Origin: an uncultured Bacteroidales bacterium
Lineage (GTDB): Bacteria > Bacteroidota > Bacteroidia > Bacteroidales > Muribaculaceae
DNA length: 64,000 bases
NCBI GenBank assembly: GCA_946412245.1
Contig: CAMKGM010000005.1
Span: forward strand, 2,447-66,446
Direction: 5' to 3'
Part shown: positions 1 through 8,718 of the stretch, one piece after another
Layout: each line of letters opens with the position of its first letter
Numbering within the stretch: the stretch's first letter is position 1
Made by a program: the position numbers and the translations under genes
The notes under the pieces: generated by a model
Told to the model about the DNA's origin: nothing
What the model saw: the letters and a program-made list of their open reading frames with translations, nothing else
Database searches by the model: none

Positions 1-187
1 TGGCGTTCCACACCTGTCCGGGCACGTCTATGGTAGTAACATTACCGCTTGCCGATGATGTGAAACCCTTGCACTCCACTTCTGTGGAACTGATGGTTGT
101 AAACTTATAGTTTCCATATTCAAAATCTAGGGCACTGGTAGTAAGTGCCGTCAGTATCGTTACAAAAAGTGTCAATAGCTTTTTCAT
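1..187 (-). CDS. Partial (5' end only) secreted protein, probably another BspA/LRR_5-type surface protein; runs off the window start
   Basis: Manual translation from ATG at 187: MKKLLTLFVTILTALTTSALDFEYGNYKFTTISSTEVECKGFTSSASGNVTTIDVPGQVWNA. Signal-peptide-like start; the mature N-terminus resembles that of 3011..6442 (TFEVGNFIYTTQSNGTVTCLGW...LTIPGRV). Confidence 0.65.
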   Translation of the reverse strand, partial: MKKLLTLFVTILTALTTSALDFEYGNYKFTTISSTEVECKGFTSSASGNVTTIDVPGQVWNA

Positions 188-222
188 TATTATTATGTTT
201 TAGTTGTCAGTTATCAGTTTTT

Positions 223-270
223 CAGATGCTCTAGCCCTGCTAGACATATAGAAGGGCTAGAGGGCACCTG
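223..270 (-). terminator. Imperfect stem-loop just 3' of the 283..2889 stop; near-copy at 2941..2998
   Basis: cagatgctctagccct ... agggctagagggcacctg inverted arms, 12 nt downstream of the stop codon. Confidence 0.5.
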
Positions 271-282
271 AGCCAATCATCA

Positions 283-2889
283 TCATAGTCCGAGGATAAT
301 ATTCACCAGGGCGGTGACGTCGGAGACATTGATTGCGCCGTTGCCGTCAATGTCGCCTCGCTCCAGATCCTTGGGAATGACATTCAGAATCATGTTCACC
401 AGCGTGGTGACGTCGGTCACGTTCACAGCACCGTCGCCGTTCACATCGCCCGTAAGAATAAAAGGAAGATCTTCCCAACTGCCGCTTGTGTATTGCTTGG
501 GCATCCAACGCTTGGCTCGAGCAGCGATAATCTGTGCATCGGTAATCTGGTTGCCTTCAGCAGAAGAACTATTAGGCTCATAAACACCTAACAAACCTTC
601 ATTCTCCGATGTGGGTATTGTGCGAAGGCTACCGATGAGCGAGGTCATCTCACTGTCCTTGATCTGGTTCTTCTGAATGCATAACTCTTGAAGAGCTGTG
701 CAGCCCTGCAACGAGAGCGAAGCGAGCTTGTTATAGGATACACGTAACGTTTTCAGCGCGCTGCAATCGGTGACATAGAGTGATGTCAAGGCATTATCTG
801 ATGACGCCAGGGTTTCAAGATTCTTGAGACCTCTCACATCAAGGCTGGTGAGTTGGTTGCCCCAGCAATTCAGTTCCTTCAGGGCTGTGCAGCCGCTCAC
901 ACTCAGCGTGGTCAGGCCATTGTGGTAGCAATCCAGCCTGGGGAGCGATGGATTGTTGGCTACATTCAGAACCTGCAGCGCGCTATAACTTATGACCATA
1001 CCGAAGCCAAGATTGTTGTTGTCGCAGATGAGTGTATGCAACGAATTGGGTATAGAGGGCAGTTGGCCGAGCCGATTGAAAGAGGCATATACCATCTTCA
1101 GCGATGTGCAGGTGGTTAAGTTGTCAAGATTAGTCAGCTGATTATTCTTGCAAGTGAGTTCGGTCATTGCTGTGCAATTGCTTACATTGAGACTGGTCAG
1201 GGCATTGTTGTCGCAATTGAGTTTGGTCATGCTTGTGTTGTCACTGACATTGAGTTCCTTGAGGGCACTCTTGCCGTTGATGGTCAAGGTTGTGAACTTG
1301 TTGTTGCTGCAGTTAATCGACTGAATGGCACTGGGCAGGGTACTGAGTGAAGTCAATTGATTGTTGTTGCAATTCAGGTTCTTCAGGGCTGTGCAGCCCG
1401 ACATATTCAGCGAGGTGAGTTTATTGTTGGGGCAACTCAAGGTCTGCAGATTGGTTTTATTCGACACATCTAATGATTCAAAATTGTTGTTACCGCAATA
1501 GATTTCCTGCAGTGAGTTGGGCAGTGAGCCGAGCGACGACAGTTGGTTGCCCCAGCAATTCAGTTCCTTCAGGGCTGTGCAGCCGCTCACACTCAGCGTG
1601 GTCAGGCCATTGTTCTGGCAATTGAGTTCTGTCATGCTCGTGTTGTTCTGGGCATAGAGATTCTTGAGGTAACTCTTGTTGTTGATGGTCAGGGTTGTGA
1701 ACTTGTTGTTGCCACAATAGAGTGTAACGAGTGAATAGGGAATCGACATTGAGGCAAACTGATTGTTGCTACAATCCAGCCATTCCATAGAGGATGGTAT
1801 GTTTAAAGATGCGAGCTGGTTACTGCTACAGTTCAGCGACTGGACTGAATTGGGCATATTAATCGAGGTGAGTTTATTGCTGAAACAACTCAAAGAATTG
1901 AGTTTGGTAAGTTTTACGAGATACAAATCAGTGAGATTGTTGCTCGAGCAGTTAAGTTGTGTGATTTCGGTAAAGTAGCTAATGCCTGTCAGACTGGAGA
2001 TGCTCTTGGCTGAAACATCGAGTGTTGTGCGGCTGTTCACATCGCTGGTGGTGAGATAGCCCTTAGGGTAGAGATTTAAAATCGCATTGCGGAAGTTGAC
2101 ATCGGGGAAGTTGCTCGAATTGATAATAGCCACATAGTCGTCGCTGATGTAGATGGTCTGGCTGGTGACTTGACTGCCCGACGATGAGTAGATGGCACTG
2201 TTGCTGTAATAGGCACCGTAGGGCGACAGCACAGTCTCTTTGCCACTAAAAGTCATTGCCACACTGCTCACGCTGGTATTTGAGCCATTGGAATAGATTG
2301 TCAGGTCAGCGCCTTCGTAGAAATCCGCCTTGAACGAACTCAAGGCCGACCGTTTGGCACTTTCTACTGTCACCTTCGCCCCCTTGAAGTACACATTTGT
2401 CGAACTCGAACCCTCACCTTTTATGGCCTCGTAGCCATCTTGGTTTGATACAACATTCAAATTTCCACTGCCCTGAATAGAGTAGCTGTAGCTTTTCAGA
2501 TTCACAACGATTCTTGCCGAAGAGTATAAAGTGGTGTTACTGCCTGAGAGCGCCTCTAGGGTCGTGCCTCGCTCAAGCTTCAAGGCATTATCGGCACATT
2601 CCACATCACAGGAACCTGAAAACACAATCTTCAGATTGTCGCACTTGCGGTTGTGGATGCCGTAATTGTCTTGCCCTGTACGATAAATCTTGAGGCCGTA
2701 GCAAGTGAGGGTGTTTGAACTCGCATCATACACTGCGTATCCGCTCTTGATGTCGCCACCTGTGATGCGGCTGCAGTTGTCGCTGGTCACTTCCACACCA
2801 GCAACATTGATTTCATACTTGGTGGCAGCACTGGCCATCATGCCACATGTGGCTATAGCCAAAATCAGTGTGAGTAATTTCTTTTTCAT
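283..2889 (-). CDS. Secreted internalin-type leucine-rich-repeat protein with an N-terminal ~230-aa beta-rich domain and a C-terminal type I-like dockerin
   Basis: 868-aa ORF; signal peptide MKKKLLTLILAIATCGMMASA; many LxxLxCxxNxLxxL repeats; C-terminal duplicated Ca-binding motif GDVNGDGAVNVTD...GDIDGNGAINVSD. Confidence 0.9.
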   Translation of the reverse strand: MKKKLLTLILAIATCGMMASAATKYEINVAGVEVTSDNCSRITGGDIKSGYAVYDASSNTLTCYGLKIYRTGQDNYGIHNRKCDNLKIVFSGSCDVECADNALKLERGTTLEALSGSNTTLYSSARIVVNLKSYSYSIQGSGNLNVVSNQDGYEAIKGEGSSSTNVYFKGAKVTVESAKRSALSSFKADFYEGADLTIYSNGSNTSVSSVAMTFSGKETVLSPYGAYYSNSAIYSSSGSQVTSQTIYISDDYVAIINSSNFPDVNFRNAILNLYPKGYLTTSDVNSRTTLDVSAKSISSLTGISYFTEITQLNCSSNNLTDLYLVKLTKLNSLSCFSNKLTSINMPNSVQSLNCSSNQLASLNIPSSMEWLDCSNNQFASMSIPYSLVTLYCGNNKFTTLTINNKSYLKNLYAQNNTSMTELNCQNNGLTTLSVSGCTALKELNCWGNQLSSLGSLPNSLQEIYCGNNNFESLDVSNKTNLQTLSCPNNKLTSLNMSGCTALKNLNCNNNQLTSLSTLPSAIQSINCSNNKFTTLTINGKSALKELNVSDNTSMTKLNCDNNALTSLNVSNCTAMTELTCKNNQLTNLDNLTTCTSLKMVYASFNRLGQLPSIPNSLHTLICDNNNLGFGMVISYSALQVLNVANNPSLPRLDCYHNGLTTLSVSGCTALKELNCWGNQLTSLDVRGLKNLETLASSDNALTSLYVTDCSALKTLRVSYNKLASLSLQGCTALQELCIQKNQIKDSEMTSLIGSLRTIPTSENEGLLGVYEPNSSSAEGNQITDAQIIAARAKRWMPKQYTSGSWEDLPFILTGDVNGDGAVNVTDVTTLVNMILNVIPKDLERGDIDGNGAINVSDVTALVNIILGL
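851..1613. repeat. Exact 73-bp intragenic direct repeat (851-923 = 1541-1613) within the LRR gene
   Basis: Base-by-base identical agttggttgccccagc...gtcaggccattgt; encodes NGLTTLSVSGCTALKELNCWGNQL twice. Confidence 0.95.
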
Positions 2890-2940
2890 AATTGATATGC
2901 TTTTAGTTTTCAGTTTTCAGGGTTTCAGTTTTCAGGGTTC

Positions 2941-2998
2941 CAGATGCTCTAGCCCTGCTAGGCTATCTAGAAAGACTAGAAGGGCTAGAGGGCATCTG
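2941..2998 (-). terminator. Imperfect stem-loop 3' of the 3011..6442 stop; homologous to 223..270; CTAG recurs every 9 bp
   Basis: cagatgctctagccct ... agggctagagggcatctg; CTAG at 2949, 2958, 2967, 2976 and 2985. Confidence 0.5.
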
Positions 2999-3010
2999 AA
3001 CCAACCATCA

Positions 3011-6000
3011 TCATTGCTTGAGGATGATGTTGACCAGGGCGGTAACGTCGGAGACATTGATTGCGCCGTTGCCGTCAATGTCGCCTCGCTCCAGATCCTT
3101 GGGAATGACATTCAGAATCATGTTCACGAGCGTGGTGATGTCGGTCACGTTCACAGCTCCGTCGCCGTTCACATCACCATTGGCATTGGGACCAGAACCT
3201 TTCTTTATTTCGACATGGCCTTGATACACTTCGTGGTCCACAAATATGCAACCGTTGTCGGTGTATCCACCCTTGGGGTAAGCCACATAGCAGTCGATGA
3301 GCGTGAGGGCATCCTGGCCGTTATGGTCACCGCCCACATTCAGGTATTCACAGGTCACATTGGCATTGTTAATGGTAAGGCCTTCCTCGTAGTCCTCGCT
3401 TATGATGTCATGTACGCTCAATGTGCAGTCCTTGATATAGCTCATGGTGCACTCGTTGGTGATGTGTTTATAGGCATCAAGGTAAAGTGCGCCGCCGCAC
3501 GTGAGCTTGCCTATGCCATTGATGGTGAAGCCCTGCGACTCGCCAATATTGATGGCAATTTTGTAATCTTGCGCCATGATGGTGTTGTTGGTGCCAGTAG
3601 GAGTGATGGTGAAGTTCGGAGCACCGCCATAATCATAGTTGATAGCGTTCTCCGACAGATTGGTGATGTCAATGTGGGCATCTTGTAGCGTGAGTTGGTT
3701 CAAGGATGGTATGTATCTAATATAGCCAGTAATGCCCTCGCCAGTAATATGGTCCTTGTTGCGTTCGGTGACCCTCACGCCGGCTATCGTCAGGGGGTAT
3801 TCCATTTCGTCGACATGAATTATATTGTCATAAAGACCCGAGGAAACCTGGAGATATGCACTTCCCGAGAGGATGGTTCTAGAACTCTTGATTCTATGGA
3901 ATACTCTCAGCTCTTCGTCAAAATAGTAGAAGTCGTTAGATGCCGTGGGGGCGACTGTGGCCGATGCACCTTCTACGCCTTTAAGCATATTGTTGCTCCC
4001 ATAGGCGGTTGAAACGATGGGAAGTCGATATATTTCTCCCATTTTGCCTTTCAGCAGCAATCCGAAGCCGGAAGGAGCATAACCTGTTTTGGTGGCTGCG
4101 ATGGCTTTTCCGTCATTAATGGTTCCGATGTAGTAGAAGGTACCATTTGAGGGCAACTCGATGGGTCTGAAGCAGGAGATGGCTGTCCAGCCATAATTGG
4201 GTATCACATACGGCATAAACTGATTTTTGGCTTGTGTGCCGTTGCTGTTGGTCCAGTCGGCCCAAATATAAATATTGTATAGGTTGGCCAGTGGCACCCA
4301 GCACTTGAAGTTGCTGGCATTGTTCAGGAAGAATCTGCTTCTTATAGCGGTGTTCTTACAGTACAGGAACAGGCTGTTAAGATTGGAGCAGTCGGCAAAA
4401 CAATAGTTGCCGAGCAGGCTGACCTTAGCCGGGATGATAATCTCGCCAGAGAGCGAGGTGCAACCGTAGAATGCACGCACTCCCAGAGATTCCAGTTTGT
4501 CTCCAAAGTCGATAGTAGACAGGCTTGTACAGTTGTAGAAGGCAGAGTCGCCTATCTGCTTAACGTAGCGGAAGCCGTAGTTGGTGAAGCCAGAGCAGCC
4601 GTAGAATGCCATTGCGCCAATCTTCTTGATACCGTTGCCGCCTTTCATGCCGGTGAGCTGCTTGTTGTTCACAAACGCGCGTTTCTCAATGGCCGATACG
4701 ATATAAATGTTATCGTCAATGTCTTTGATGGTTCCAGGAATGGTCCAGGTATCGCCTATGGTGCCATGAGTGTAGGCTCTCCATCCAGGCACTAATGTGG
4801 CTTGCCCAGCAGCAGGAGTGCTCATCACGTCGTTGTCGGTATAGCTGCCCACACTCTCAATGCTGTAGTAGAGCTGGTTGGTGTAGATGTCATAGGCACC
4901 ATAGTAGTAGTTTGTGAAATTGTTCCATTTGTTTTGGCTGTGATAAGCTGAATAGCAGCCATAAGGTATGTTCACTGTCTTGCACTCGGGATTGAGGTTG
5001 CTCAGTTCAACGCTGGGTGGCGTCTTGAGATTGATGTAGATGGTCTCGATGTTGGTGAGATTGTTGAGCGCATCTGATGCGAGGTTGGTGACCGAGCTGG
5101 GAATCTTCACGCTCTTGAGATTGGGCATTTTCCCAAATGCATTGCCTTGAATCTTGGTGACTCCATAGTGCACTTCGATATGGCTCACTTTTGTGTTGCC
5201 ATACCAGGCATAGTTCATGATGGTGCGGCAGCCGGCAATGGTGTTGCTGATGGTAGATGCGCCACCCACCTGATACAGCAGTAAATAGCTTTTGCTGTAA
5301 AGCGCACCGTTCGACGATGCCCTGAAATTGGCGTTATTGGCGCTGACGGTGAACGTAGTAAGATTCGGGCAGCTGGCAAAAGCGCCAATGCCATAAGTTT
5401 TTAGATTCTCGGGGATATGTACCTCGCTCACACCTGTGTCTAAAAACGCAAATGATCTGAGGGTGCTGATGCTGGTCGACTCGCCAGCGTACATCAGGTC
5501 GAGGGTGGTGAGTTTGGTGCAATGTGCAAAAGCATAAGAGCCAACAGTGAGGTTAGAACCACAGAGTTTCACGGTGGCGAGATTCGTGCAGTACCTGAAA
5601 GCATAGTCTTCGATGATGTCTGCTTTGAGGTTGGTAACATAGACTGCGGTGAGATTCGTTTTGTTTTCACAGGCACTGTTTCCCACCTTGTTGGTAGAAG
5701 AATAGAATGCAGTCCCTCCGCCATAAATCTGATTGGTGTAGTCGGGCTCGTTCGAAGCAATAGTTAAACTGGTCACATTGTCGGTGATGCCCACCAGCAT
5801 GTTTTCGGCATTGCCCGATGTGGCCGACACGGGACTGGTGTAGACGTAGCATCGGCCGTTGTTGTTAAAGTCATTGGCGAGCGAGCCGTCGTAACTCACT
5901 TTGCCGTCGCTATCAATATTTTGCCAGATGCTTATGGCATTGTAGGCCGATACATAACTGTAGCATGAAGTCACAACGGAGCATTTGGGTGAATCGTCGA

Positions 6001-6442
6001 AGACATTGCTTCCCAACGTTGGAGGCGTTGCGCTGGAAAGTCGAAAACTGCTCAAAACGTTGCAGTTTGAAAAAGCGTTCGACTGGATGCTGGTCAGTGA
6101 GCTTGGCAAGGTCACATTGGCCAGTCGGGTGCAGTTTCTGAATGCTCTTTCACCTATGGTCTCGATGCCCCAGCCTAATCGCACGCTCACAATATAGATG
6201 TCGTTGATAAAAGCCGAACTGGCCACCGACGACACGCGATATTCGGTGCCGTTGTAGGTCACACGGCCAGGAATTGTGAGCGAAGTTAGGTGCTGGGCTC
6301 CTGCGGTATTGTTCCAGCCTAGACATGTCACAGTGCCATTGGACTGAGTGGTGTAGATGAAATTCCCCACCTCAAATGTGGCAGCATGAGCCATTATGAA
6401 CCCTGTCATGATGCACACGAGTGTAAATAAATGTTTTTTCAT
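3011..6442 (-). CDS. Secreted BspA-type (LRR_5) protein with additional beta-rich domains and a C-terminal dockerin
   Basis: 1143-aa ORF; signal peptide; TpLRR repeats (IGERAFRNCTRLANVTLPSSLTSIQSNAFSNC, IGDSAFYNCTSLSTIDFG); dockerin almost identical to that of 283..2889. Confidence 0.9.
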   Translation of the reverse strand: MKKHLFTLVCIMTGFIMAHAATFEVGNFIYTTQSNGTVTCLGWNNTAGAQHLTSLTIPGRVTYNGTEYRVSSVASSAFINDIYIVSVRLGWGIETIGERAFRNCTRLANVTLPSSLTSIQSNAFSNCNVLSSFRLSSATPPTLGSNVFDDSPKCSVVTSCYSYVSAYNAISIWQNIDSDGKVSYDGSLANDFNNNGRCYVYTSPVSATSGNAENMLVGITDNVTSLTIASNEPDYTNQIYGGGTAFYSSTNKVGNSACENKTNLTAVYVTNLKADIIEDYAFRYCTNLATVKLCGSNLTVGSYAFAHCTKLTTLDLMYAGESTSISTLRSFAFLDTGVSEVHIPENLKTYGIGAFASCPNLTTFTVSANNANFRASSNGALYSKSYLLLYQVGGASTISNTIAGCRTIMNYAWYGNTKVSHIEVHYGVTKIQGNAFGKMPNLKSVKIPSSVTNLASDALNNLTNIETIYINLKTPPSVELSNLNPECKTVNIPYGCYSAYHSQNKWNNFTNYYYGAYDIYTNQLYYSIESVGSYTDNDVMSTPAAGQATLVPGWRAYTHGTIGDTWTIPGTIKDIDDNIYIVSAIEKRAFVNNKQLTGMKGGNGIKKIGAMAFYGCSGFTNYGFRYVKQIGDSAFYNCTSLSTIDFGDKLESLGVRAFYGCTSLSGEIIIPAKVSLLGNYCFADCSNLNSLFLYCKNTAIRSRFFLNNASNFKCWVPLANLYNIYIWADWTNSNGTQAKNQFMPYVIPNYGWTAISCFRPIELPSNGTFYYIGTINDGKAIAATKTGYAPSGFGLLLKGKMGEIYRLPIVSTAYGSNNMLKGVEGASATVAPTASNDFYYFDEELRVFHRIKSSRTILSGSAYLQVSSGLYDNIIHVDEMEYPLTIAGVRVTERNKDHITGEGITGYIRYIPSLNQLTLQDAHIDITNLSENAINYDYGGAPNFTITPTGTNNTIMAQDYKIAINIGESQGFTINGIGKLTCGGALYLDAYKHITNECTMSYIKDCTLSVHDIISEDYEEGLTINNANVTCEYLNVGGDHNGQDALTLIDCYVAYPKGGYTDNGCIFVDHEVYQGHVEIKKGSGPNANGDVNGDGAVNVTDITTLVNMILNVIPKDLERGDIDGNGAINVSDVTALVNIILKQ

Positions 6443-6627
6443 AGTCTATGATATTTTGAGTTGATATTCTGCTCGTTACTGTTTATGGTAGTGTGGGCAT
6501 TAGGTAATTTCAATTTAATCTACAAATTTACAAAAAAACTTAAAAAGTAAGATAATTTAGTGTATAAAAAACGATTTTTCCTCGTTTTTGGGGGTAAAAT
6601 ATTTTAAAATGTTATGTTGGGGTGAGG

Positions 6628-7689
6628 TTAGAGCGAGGCAGTGTAGGTGCGCCACTTCTCGATGAGTTGGGTCATGTCGTCGGGCACTTCGCTGTCGAAG
6701 TCCATCTGCTGGCCGGTGACGGGGTGCACGAAGCCGAGGGTCTTGGCGTGCAGGGCCTGACGGGGGCAGGTCTTGAAGCAGTTTTGCACAAACTGCATAT
6801 ACTTGCTCGTGGTGTTGCCGCGCAGCACCTTGTCGCCACCATAGCGTTCGTCGTTGAACAGGGGGTGCCCGATGTATTGCATGTGCACCCTGATCTGGTG
6901 CGTGCGGCCAGTTTCGAGCTGGCATTGCACGAGTGCTACATGGGCAAAGTTTTCAATGGTATGGTAGTGTGTTACAGCATGTTTGCCCAGGTCACCGTCG
7001 GGAAAGACGCACATGAGCAAGCGGTCGCGCAGGCTGCGCCCAATGTTGCCCTCAATGGTACCGTCCATCTGCTTCATCTGGCCCCACACAAGTGCCACAT
7101 ACTGGCGCTTGGTGGTCTTGTTGAAGAACTGCAGTCCGAGCGAGGTCTTGGCACGCGGTGTCTTGGCCACTACGAGCAGGCCCGAAGTGTCCTTGTCGAT
7201 GCGGTGCACCAGACCCATGCGAGGGTCGGTCACATCGTAGTCGGGATTGTCCTTGAAGTGCCAGGCTAGTGCATTGACCAGCGTGCCATCATAATTGCCG
7301 TGCCCGGGGTGCACGCACATGCCTGCAGGCTTGTTCACCACAAGCAGTTCGGCGTCTTCGTACACGATGTTGAGCGGAATGTCTTGTGCCACAATCTCGT
7401 TCTCATAGCGAGGGCGGTCCATCACCACGCTGATGAGGTCGCCAGGATGCACGCGGTAGTTCGACTTCACGGGGGTGCCGTTCACGCGTATGCACTGCGC
7501 CTCGGCGGCGTTCTGGATACGGTTGCGCGAAGTGCCCTTGATGCGCTCCACCAAGTACTTGTCGATGCGCAGCAGCACTTGCCCTTTCTCAACCTCAAAG
7601 CGGTAATGCTCCCAGTAGTCGCGCCCGTTCTCGTCGGTGAAGTCGGGGTCACTGAAGTCGGTTTGGATAATATCTTCTTCTTCGCTCAT
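6628..7689 (-). CDS. rluD: RluA-family 23S rRNA pseudouridine synthase (RluD type, S4 domain)
   Basis: S4 motif RIDKYL; VVNKPAGMCVHPG; catalytic HRIDKDTSG; LETGRTHQIRVH; QALHA. Confidence 0.93.
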   Translation of the reverse strand: MSEEEDIIQTDFSDPDFTDENGRDYWEHYRFEVEKGQVLLRIDKYLVERIKGTSRNRIQNAAEAQCIRVNGTPVKSNYRVHPGDLISVVMDRPRYENEIVAQDIPLNIVYEDAELLVVNKPAGMCVHPGHGNYDGTLVNALAWHFKDNPDYDVTDPRMGLVHRIDKDTSGLLVVAKTPRAKTSLGLQFFNKTTKRQYVALVWGQMKQMDGTIEGNIGRSLRDRLLMCVFPDGDLGKHAVTHYHTIENFAHVALVQCQLETGRTHQIRVHMQYIGHPLFNDERYGGDKVLRGNTTSKYMQFVQNCFKTCPRQALHAKTLGFVHPVTGQQMDFDSEVPDDMTQLIEKWRTYTASL

Positions 7690-7701
7690 GTGGCCTGCGG
7701 G

Positions 7702-8364
7702 CTATTCTTCAGTTTCCTCGTCAATCTTGATGATGCCTCGCTTAATTTGGTCCTGAATGAGCGAGTCGCGGTCAATGTCGGTGAGCGGGTCATATTCCAT
7801 GATATCCATGCTGCCGTCGCCAATGGTGAGCTTGATGCGTGCGTTCAGCGGTGCCTTGAAGCCCGGTTGCACCTGACGGTTGTTGACCGAGACGGCCATG
7901 ATGAGGCCGGCTTTGTCTGACGGAACGGTATCGGTAGTCACATTCTTGAAACCGAGTGACTTGAGTGTGGTGATGCCATCGCTGCCTGCCATGTCGGTGA
8001 GTTCAAGCGGCAGTTGCACCTTGGGCGGGGTGGTCATGTTGATGGTGAGCATGACGGGCCTGATTGACTTGACCATGGAACCGGCTACCGGCACTTGGTC
8101 AATGACGATGCCGGGCTTGTAGTCTTCGTTATAGATGGAGTCAACCTCATATTCCAGTCCGGCGGCTTCAAGCTTGTCGATGGCTTGTTGCAAGGGCATG
8201 AAACTCACGTCAGGCACCTTGACTTGTTCGCCGTGGTTGGTGAAAACGTCGGTAAGCAGCAAGCAAGAGTAAATGCCGGCAAGCAACACGATGAAAGCCA
8301 GAATGCTGTGGAACAGCACAGGATGCTTGGCTTTGAAGTTATCTAAAAATTGAAAAGTTGCCAT
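7702..8364 (-). CDS. PASTA-domain membrane protein
   Basis: N-terminal TM helix; PASTA-like segment VKVPDVSFMPLQQAIDKLEAAGL...PGIVIDQVPVAGSMVK; PASTA-rluD adjacency is typical of Bacteroidales. Confidence 0.85.
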   Translation of the reverse strand: MATFQFLDNFKAKHPVLFHSILAFIVLLAGIYSCLLLTDVFTNHGEQVKVPDVSFMPLQQAIDKLEAAGLEYEVDSIYNEDYKPGIVIDQVPVAGSMVKSIRPVMLTINMTTPPKVQLPLELTDMAGSDGITTLKSLGFKNVTTDTVPSDKAGLIMAVSVNNRQVQPGFKAPLNARIKLTIGDGSMDIMEYDPLTDIDRDSLIQDQIKRGIIKIDEETEE

Positions 8365-8386
8365 TTTTTTGAGTGTATATTTGGGG

Positions 8387-8418
8387 CAAAGTTAATGAAT
8401 TGCGTTGTGATTGCCAAA
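8387..8418 (-). promoter_or_regulatory. Bacteroidota sigma-70-type promoter for PASTA-rluD
   Basis: Minus-strand TAACTTTG (8394-8387) matches the -7 TAnnTTTG element; TTTG lies ~20 bp upstream. Confidence 0.6.
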
Positions 8419-8534
8419 AAAAGCGCATAAAAAGGCATCGTAAAGACTATTTAGCAAAATAAAGTGGGTAATTAGGATTAGCATTTGATTTCTTTTTTAT
8501 AATTTTGCAAGTTGGTAACAATGCATTATTGATT

Positions 8535-8711
8535 ATGAGCATGTCAAATATCATAAGATTCGGCCTCGTGGGGGCATTATGGCTCGTACTGTGCTACTTG
8601 CTTGTGTCGCGCATGCGCGAGGTGACGCTGTTGAACCTATTCCCGATTATAGCGTCAGGAATCATCATATTTGTGCCCATGTACAAGAAATATATCAAAA
8701 AAGACCATTAA
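8535..8711 (+). CDS. Small two-TM membrane protein upstream of dxs
   Basis: In-frame ATG at 8535 within ORF 8505..8711; two hydrophobic stretches and a basic tail; stop 7 nt before the dxs start. Confidence 0.6.
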   Translation: MSMSNIIRFGLVGALWLVLCYLLVSRMREVTLLNLFPIIASGIIIFVPMYKKYIKKDH

Positions 8712-8718
8712 CCGTCCT

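Noticed and set aside
283-3180. Dockerin duplicates and the 73-bp LRR repeat as DGR template/variable repeats
   Set aside because: The 8 dockerin mismatches are mostly synonymous and not adenine-specific, the 73-bp pair has no mismatches, and no reverse transcriptase gene is present.
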